From: a virus
Taxonomy: Duplodnaviria > Caudoviricetes
Direction: 5' to 3' (one strand)
IMG/VR virus record: IMGVR_UViG_3300020045_008681
Location: 1 to 37,088 of that record
DNA length: 37,088 bases
The translations under genes and the position numbers were made by a program. Below, piece after piece: positions 32,431 to 37,088 of this stretch (within the stretch, counting starts at the first letter, position 1; the number at the start of each line of letters is the position of its first letter). The notes beneath the pieces are model-generated. The model did no database searches and was not told where the DNA came from. It worked only from the letters and a program-made list of their open reading frames with translations.

Positions 32431-35400
32431 ATGGCCTTCTCAATCCTAGGACAATTGCAAAGCATAGCTGCTAAGGCTAAGGCTGGGGTTCAGTCTGCAA
32501 AACAAGGTATCGCTAGCCTTGCATCGACAATGGCCAACCAGGCCAAATCAGCTGTTGGTGGGGTGGTATCGGGAATAAAAACAATTCCATCCGCTGCCAA
32601 AACAATCACAACACTCCCGCCTAAACCTAAAAATCTTGAGTTTCCTATAGCCCCACCTAAAGTAACCCCAAAACTACCACTTAAAATTCCAATTGCTCAA
32701 CCTAAGCCGTTGGTACCACCAAACGCTATCCAGCCTGGCGTTGAGTTAGGGTTGCCAGGTATTAAAAGGACGGTTATTTTGCCTGACAATATTGTAAATC
32801 GTGGTGTTAAAAGTTTGTTAGGTTCATCCTTATTTCAAACTCCAGGAGAGCGTGCAGTTAAAACAGAGGCAATGCTCAAGGCAAAAGGAGTTAGCCCCGA
32901 AATTGCACAACGTGTTACAGGTTTAAATGAAAATATCCAGCAACCACTTAACCGTGTCGCACCGAATAGTAAGCGAGATGCCGGATTAACGTCAGATCAA
33001 AAGTCTGCCTTGGGTAGTTTTAATGCTCAACAAACTATTGGAGCGGCGGCGGATGTCGCTAGTATCGGTCCGTCAGGTGATGACCTCGTTCGTTTGTTGG
33101 GTAAAAAGAGTTTGGTTGACGCTGAAAAAATGGCGGGTAAATTGATCGCTAATAAAGAGAAGGCGTTGGGTCGGGCGTTGGTACCAGATGAAATTGAGAT
33201 AGCTAACAAGACAGCGGTTGACCATATTAAAAGTGAGGCTTTGCGAAAACAAGAAGACAAATTATTTCTCGAACATGCAGCCACCACCGGCGAGCATGGC
33301 GAGGTTGCCGCTGCTTATAAGAAGGCAGTGGAAGCTAAGGAGTCGGCAGCACTAACAAAAGAAGCTCGTATTTTTCCTAATGAAGAACAAGAGATCGGTT
33401 ATCAAGCTTTTAAAGCAGCAGCACAACGCAACAAAAATTTAGTAAACATGGACGTTGACCAGCTTCGTAAAGCAATGCCCGGTTTTGAACGTGTAGAGGG
33501 GAAGTTTTTTACTGGCACGGTTGATGGTCAAACCGACGCTAATTTGTTGGATGCTTTTAAGGCTCGTTTGGCAAAAGAAAAAATAACACCACAAATTGAT
33601 AACTCTTTGATAAGAAAAGTTGAGGCCAGCCAAGGCAAGATGGAAAAGATAAATCAAAAAATGGCACCGTTAGAGTCCGGTTTAGACAACACTCAAGCAT
33701 TGATACCTGAAACTTCTGCGCGTTCGTTGGGTGATGAGTTTCCACTTAAACCAAAAGTAGTAACGCCGGAACCACGTCAACCAAAATTTGTTACCCATGA
33801 CCAAACTAAAATTTTTGATAAAGATGGTTTGGTGAAACAAGAGTTTAGGTTAGATAAATTGAACATCCCCGAAGAACAAATGGCCCAGATTGAGGCCAGA
33901 CTTTCAGCGTTGGGAATGGAGACAAGAAAAGTTAGATCGTTTGGTGAGATGCAAGAGGCAGCGTTGGAATTGGGGGCAGATCCCCGCGCTCTTTTAAGGG
34001 AGGTACAAAGTGGACGAATCACAGATGGTGAGGTGGTGGCGTTACGAGAAATGATTTCCAGCAACTCTGATTTTATTGCTAAGTCACAAAAGGAATTGAT
34101 TGAAAATCCAGGCCAAGCAGCACTCTTAGAGAATAAGATACAAGCAGCGCAAGCAATGATGGATCAGGCTTTAAAGAAGCTAGTTAAAGGTGGAACGGAA
34201 GCTGGCCGGGCTGTAGCCTCATTCCGTATATTGGCGAACAAAACAATGGAGCCGGTGTTCTGGTTTGAGCAAGCCAAAAAAATGTTAGGTGATAAAGAAT
34301 TTTCAAACGAAATTAGAGCGGCGATCTTAGATTTGATTGGTAAATCCGACAAGATCGGGCTAGCTAACTTTATCGCCATGCTTCGAAAACCGAGTTTCTT
34401 AGAGAAGGCTATTACGTTATGGAAGGCCGGTTTGTTGACCTCGCCTACGACACACATGGCAAATATCGGCGGGAATACCACCATGCAAGCCTTACTTAGC
34501 GTGGCCGATATCCCCTCTACTGGGGTAGACATGTTAGTTAGTTTGGTGACGGGTAAGCGTACAACTTTAGTCTCACCAAGGTTGATAATGGCCCGAGCGC
34601 GTGGAGCTGTTAAAGGTATGAAGGATGCGGCAGAGATTTTGAAAACAGGCAATCTTAGTTCACGGTTGTTGGAAACTTACGGTTTACCGCGCAAGACAAG
34701 TTTTGGTGATGGTAAGGTTGGTAAAATTCTACAAGGTTACACAGACACAGTTTTTAACTCTTTAGGTGCTGAGGATGCAATTTTTCGCAAGGCAGCTTTA
34801 GAGGAGTCACTGGAAAAACAAGCCTTAGTCATGGCTAAAAATGAGAAGTTGACAGGCCAGGCTGCTAAGGATCGTGTTCGTGATTTATTGCTGGAGCCAA
34901 CTAACGCTATGCAGTTGGAGGCAATTGATGCGGCAGAGTACGCGACTTTTCAAGGGGATTCAAAAGTCACTAATGCTATCCTGGCCGGAAAATCGCGGTT
35001 AGGTGAGGTAGGAAAGGCTGCGGTTGAAATAGTTGTTCCGTTTAAGAAAACCCCAGCGAACGTCGCGGGGGCCATCGCAGACTTCTCACCGGCAGGATTT
35101 ATCAAAACAATTGTCAGACAAATTAACCCGGAGACACGAGGTCAAAAGGCTCTGGTTCAGGATCTAGGACGGGCCTTAACTGGTACGGGTGTAATGACTT
35201 TAGGTGGTCTTCTGGCGAGTAAGGGTATGATAACTGGCAACGCCCCAGAAAGTGCCTCGGATCGAGCTACTTTTTACGCTACTGGGAAACAACCAAATTC
35301 AATTAAAATTGGTAACCGATGGTACCAATTAAATCGGATCGCCCCGATTGGGAATTTGCTTGGGTTAGGTGCTGAGTTCGAACGTCAGAGTAAAGAAAAG

Positions 35401-36171
35401 AGCGGGGCCTCACTGGCTTCTGGTATGACCTTTGCAGGTATTAAAGGTTTGACTCAACAAACTTTCTTGCAGGGTGCGTCTAGGGCTTTGGATGCGGTTA
35501 ATAATCCTGATCGCAGCGGGGCCAGTTACGCAGAGTCAACTTTGTCTGGTTTGGTTCCATCTGTTGTCGGACGTATTGCTAAAACAATTGATCCAACCGA
35601 GCGCGTACATGAGGGAGTTTTGCAAGCTATTCAAGCTAAAATTCCTGGATTGAAAAATAGTCTACCTGCCAAGAGAGATATTTTTGGTGAGGTTGTGAAG
35701 GTGGGCGGTGGTGCTGCTAACCTTATTGACCCATTCAATTCTTCGAGCGTTAACGATTCGCCTGTTACAGACGCAGCCTGGGATGCTGGCGTTTCTATTG
35801 GTATGCCAAGCTCTACCATTTCCGGTGAGAAGTTGAGTGGCGCAGAATTCAGTACCTACCAAAAGGTACAAGGTCGGATGTTGAAAAAAGGTCTTGAACA
35901 ATTAATCGCTGACCCTGCTTACACTTCCTTACCTGCCAACTCTGTAGAAAAAACTCGAGCGTTTGAAAAGCGCATTCGAGATGTACGGGATGCGATTAAC
36001 GACCAAGTATTCCCAGCGTTGATGATTAAAAAATACAACCTTCCACCAACTACACCACCAAAAGAATTGCGCGATCTTTTAAACAACCTAAATAAAATGG
36101 ATGATTTCAAACAGGCAGATGATAAAAAGAAGGCGCGTGTGTTGCAGAAACTTCTTAGTTCAGCGCAGTAA
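32431..36171 (+). CDS. Large ejection/DNA-transfer protein (putative)
   Basis: 1246 aa, last late gene; helical, with VPFKKTPAN, YQLNRIAPIG and RDIFGE motifs typical of large internal virion proteins. Confidence 0.6.
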   Translation: MAFSILGQLQSIAAKAKAGVQSAKQGIASLASTMANQAKSAVGGVVSGIKTIPSAAKTITTLPPKPKNLEFPIAPPKVTPKLPLKIPIAQPKPLVPPNAIQPGVELGLPGIKRTVILPDNIVNRGVKSLLGSSLFQTPGERAVKTEAMLKAKGVSPEIAQRVTGLNENIQQPLNRVAPNSKRDAGLTSDQKSALGSFNAQQTIGAAADVASIGPSGDDLVRLLGKKSLVDAEKMAGKLIANKEKALGRALVPDEIEIANKTAVDHIKSEALRKQEDKLFLEHAATTGEHGEVAAAYKKAVEAKESAALTKEARIFPNEEQEIGYQAFKAAAQRNKNLVNMDVDQLRKAMPGFERVEGKFFTGTVDGQTDANLLDAFKARLAKEKITPQIDNSLIRKVEASQGKMEKINQKMAPLESGLDNTQALIPETSARSLGDEFPLKPKVVTPEPRQPKFVTHDQTKIFDKDGLVKQEFRLDKLNIPEEQMAQIEARLSALGMETRKVRSFGEMQEAALELGADPRALLREVQSGRITDGEVVALREMISSNSDFIAKSQKELIENPGQAALLENKIQAAQAMMDQALKKLVKGGTEAGRAVASFRILANKTMEPVFWFEQAKKMLGDKEFSNEIRAAILDLIGKSDKIGLANFIAMLRKPSFLEKAITLWKAGLLTSPTTHMANIGGNTTMQALLSVADIPSTGVDMLVSLVTGKRTTLVSPRLIMARARGAVKGMKDAAEILKTGNLSSRLLETYGLPRKTSFGDGKVGKILQGYTDTVFNSLGAEDAIFRKAALEESLEKQALVMAKNEKLTGQAAKDRVRDLLLEPTNAMQLEAIDAAEYATFQGDSKVTNAILAGKSRLGEVGKAAVEIVVPFKKTPANVAGAIADFSPAGFIKTIVRQINPETRGQKALVQDLGRALTGTGVMTLGGLLASKGMITGNAPESASDRATFYATGKQPNSIKIGNRWYQLNRIAPIGNLLGLGAEFERQSKEKSGASLASGMTFAGIKGLTQQTFLQGASRALDAVNNPDRSGASYAESTLSGLVPSVVGRIAKTIDPTERVHEGVLQAIQAKIPGLKNSLPAKRDIFGEVVKVGGGAANLIDPFNSSSVNDSPVTDAAWDAGVSIGMPSSTISGEKLSGAEFSTYQKVQGRMLKKGLEQLIADPAYTSLPANSVEKTRAFEKRIRDVRDAINDQVFPALMIKKYNLPPTTPPKELRDLLNNLNKMDDFKQADDKKKARVLQKLLSSAQ

Positions 36172-36277
36172 TAATCTTCCAAAAGACAATTCCTAAACCT
36201 TTCCAAAACAAACAACCAACAATTATTCCGGCGACGGCGATAGTTATTAGAGCTATATTTTCTACTGCTTCTCTCAT
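36155..36277 (-). CDS. 40-aa membrane peptide
   Basis: Read manually: MREAVENIALITIAVAGIIVGCLFWKGLGIVFWKIITALN. Confidence 0.55.
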   Translation of the reverse strand: MREAVENIALITIAVAGIIVGCLFWKGLGIVFWKIITALN

Positions 36278-36288
36278 ATTTGTTTATT

Positions 36289-36516
36289 TTATTTCGTAAT
36301 ATATATCGACTTACGCCAAACAATAAGCGAAATAATCCATCCAATAGTACTCAAAACAGTCATTATTCCATAAAGCGCATCGGCTGCGTCACTATCAATA
36401 CTCATGGCACCAACAGAAAAACCACATACCAAACCAACTGCCATTAAAATAATGATCCAATAAACTACAGACAAAAGTATATTTAAAGTGATCCGAGCGA
36501 TTTTAGGGATATTCAT
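36289..36516 (-). CDS. Two-TM membrane protein (superinfection-exclusion candidate)
   Basis: MNIPKIARITLNILLSVVYWIIILMAVGLVCG...LYGIMTVLSTIGWIISLIVW; opposite strand to the late genes. Confidence 0.65.
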   Translation of the reverse strand: MNIPKIARITLNILLSVVYWIIILMAVGLVCGFSVGAMSIDSDAADALYGIMTVLSTIGWIISLIVWRKSIYITK

Positions 36517-36547
36517 ATACCACCACCCAACCACACTTCACCATTCC

Positions 36548-36598
36548 TGTCAACTATGTAGGTTTACAAGTTGCAGAAATGTGTGGTAATAGTATGAT
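36548..36598. promoter_or_regulatory. Divergent promoter region with third copy of the conserved box
   Basis: TGTCAACTATGTAGGTTTACA gives TTGACA leftward and TTTACA rightward; TATGAT downstream. Confidence 0.55.
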
Positions 36599-36604
36599 TG
36601 ATCT

Positions 36605-36680
36605 AGGTTAATTAACCTGGTCACACGTAGTCCGCACGCGTTAGGTTTCCTGACCAGGTTTCCTAGCGTTTGCGGATTTT
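36605..36680 (+). promoter_or_regulatory. Structured rep1 leader (hairpin with pseudoknot potential)
   Basis: Stem 36631-36645/36662-36676 followed by TTTT; its loop TGACCAGGTT (36651-36660) is complementary to AACCTGGTCA (36614-36623). Confidence 0.6.
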
Positions 36681-36691
36681 GTGCTTAAATT

Positions 36692-37088
36692 ATGGCTAAT
36701 CGTGAGAATTGGTACGCTCATGTACCGCAAGATATTTTTGCTCACTCAAAAGACATGACACCGGAAGGGTTTGTGATTTACACAACCTTAAAATTGTTTC
36801 AAAACAAAAAAACTGGTTTATGTTGCCCGTCGATTCGGACTATTTGTGAAGCTTCAGGAATCTCCAAGCCAACTGTTTTAAACCGCATTAATCTCCTAAA
36901 AACATTGGGGATATTAGAAATTAAGGATTACCACCATCGTAAAGTTAACCACTACCTTTTTAAGCTCGAACTGGTAAAGCATGTTGACCAGGTGGTCAAT
37001 GCGGTTGACCAGATTCCAAAACTGGTCAATTTAGACGGTCAAACTGGTCAATCCTGGGAGCAATCTGGTCAATCTCAGGAATTTGGCC
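36692..37088 (+). CDS. HTH replication initiator-like protein (Rep1), 5' part; continues across the junction to 294 (~189 aa total)
   Basis: Read manually: ATG 36692 MANRENWYAHVPQDIF...GFVIYTTLKLFQNKKTGLCCPSIRTICEASGISKPTVLNRINLLKTLGILEI, a winged-HTH pattern typical of phage initiators. In frame with the track ORF 25..294. Confidence 0.8.
   Translation, partial: MANRENWYAHVPQDIFAHSKDMTPEGFVIYTTLKLFQNKKTGLCCPSIRTICEASGISKPTVLNRINLLKTLGILEIKDYHHRKVNHYLFKLELVKHVDQVVNAVDQIPKLVNLDGQTGQSWEQSGQSQEFG
36968..37088. repeat. Terminal direct repeat / circular assembly overlap (copy 2)
   Basis: Exact match to 1-121. Confidence 0.97.

Noticed and set aside
266-36171. Stop-codon reassignment
   Set aside because: Long genes are intact in code 11, and TAA, TAG and TGA all terminate genes at tight junctions.
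35919-36344. 141-aa minus-strand ORF, and the many other antisense ORFs inside long genes
   Set aside because: Shadow frames of real genes with no motifs; the 40-aa membrane ORF explains this interval better.

Overview
The window is a complete circular ~36,967-bp tailed phage genome with podovirus-like gene order; bases 1-121 repeat exactly at 36968-37088, consistent with an assembly overlap. A leftward early block carries Bet/RecT, a membrane-anchored lytic transglycosylase, a NinG-like nuclease and many small ORFs. There are two unrelated helix-turn-helix replication-initiator genes, each with its own internal iterons, and one spans the junction. A groES-[Cys-rich ORF]-groEL operon precedes TerS, a GpA-type TerL, portal, scaffold, major capsid, a free-standing HNH, decoration/fibre genes, an M23 endolysin with holin candidates, tail adaptor/nozzle and ejection proteins. 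I recognised no integrase, repressor, polymerase or helicase. Most notable: (1) a TerL intein whose HNH homing endonuclease lies in a different reading frame inside the intein; (2) a full chaperonin pair in a small phage; (3) a 183-nt tRNA-like RNA with insertions in the anticodon domain and T-loop, plus neighbouring structured RNAs; (4) two candidate origins, one with a pseudoknot-capable leader; (5) duplicated modules shared among fibre/decoration proteins. Start codons lack Shine-Dalgarno motifs, which may point to a Patescibacteria/CPR-like host (inference only). All family calls come from reading motifs by eye; no database searches were run.
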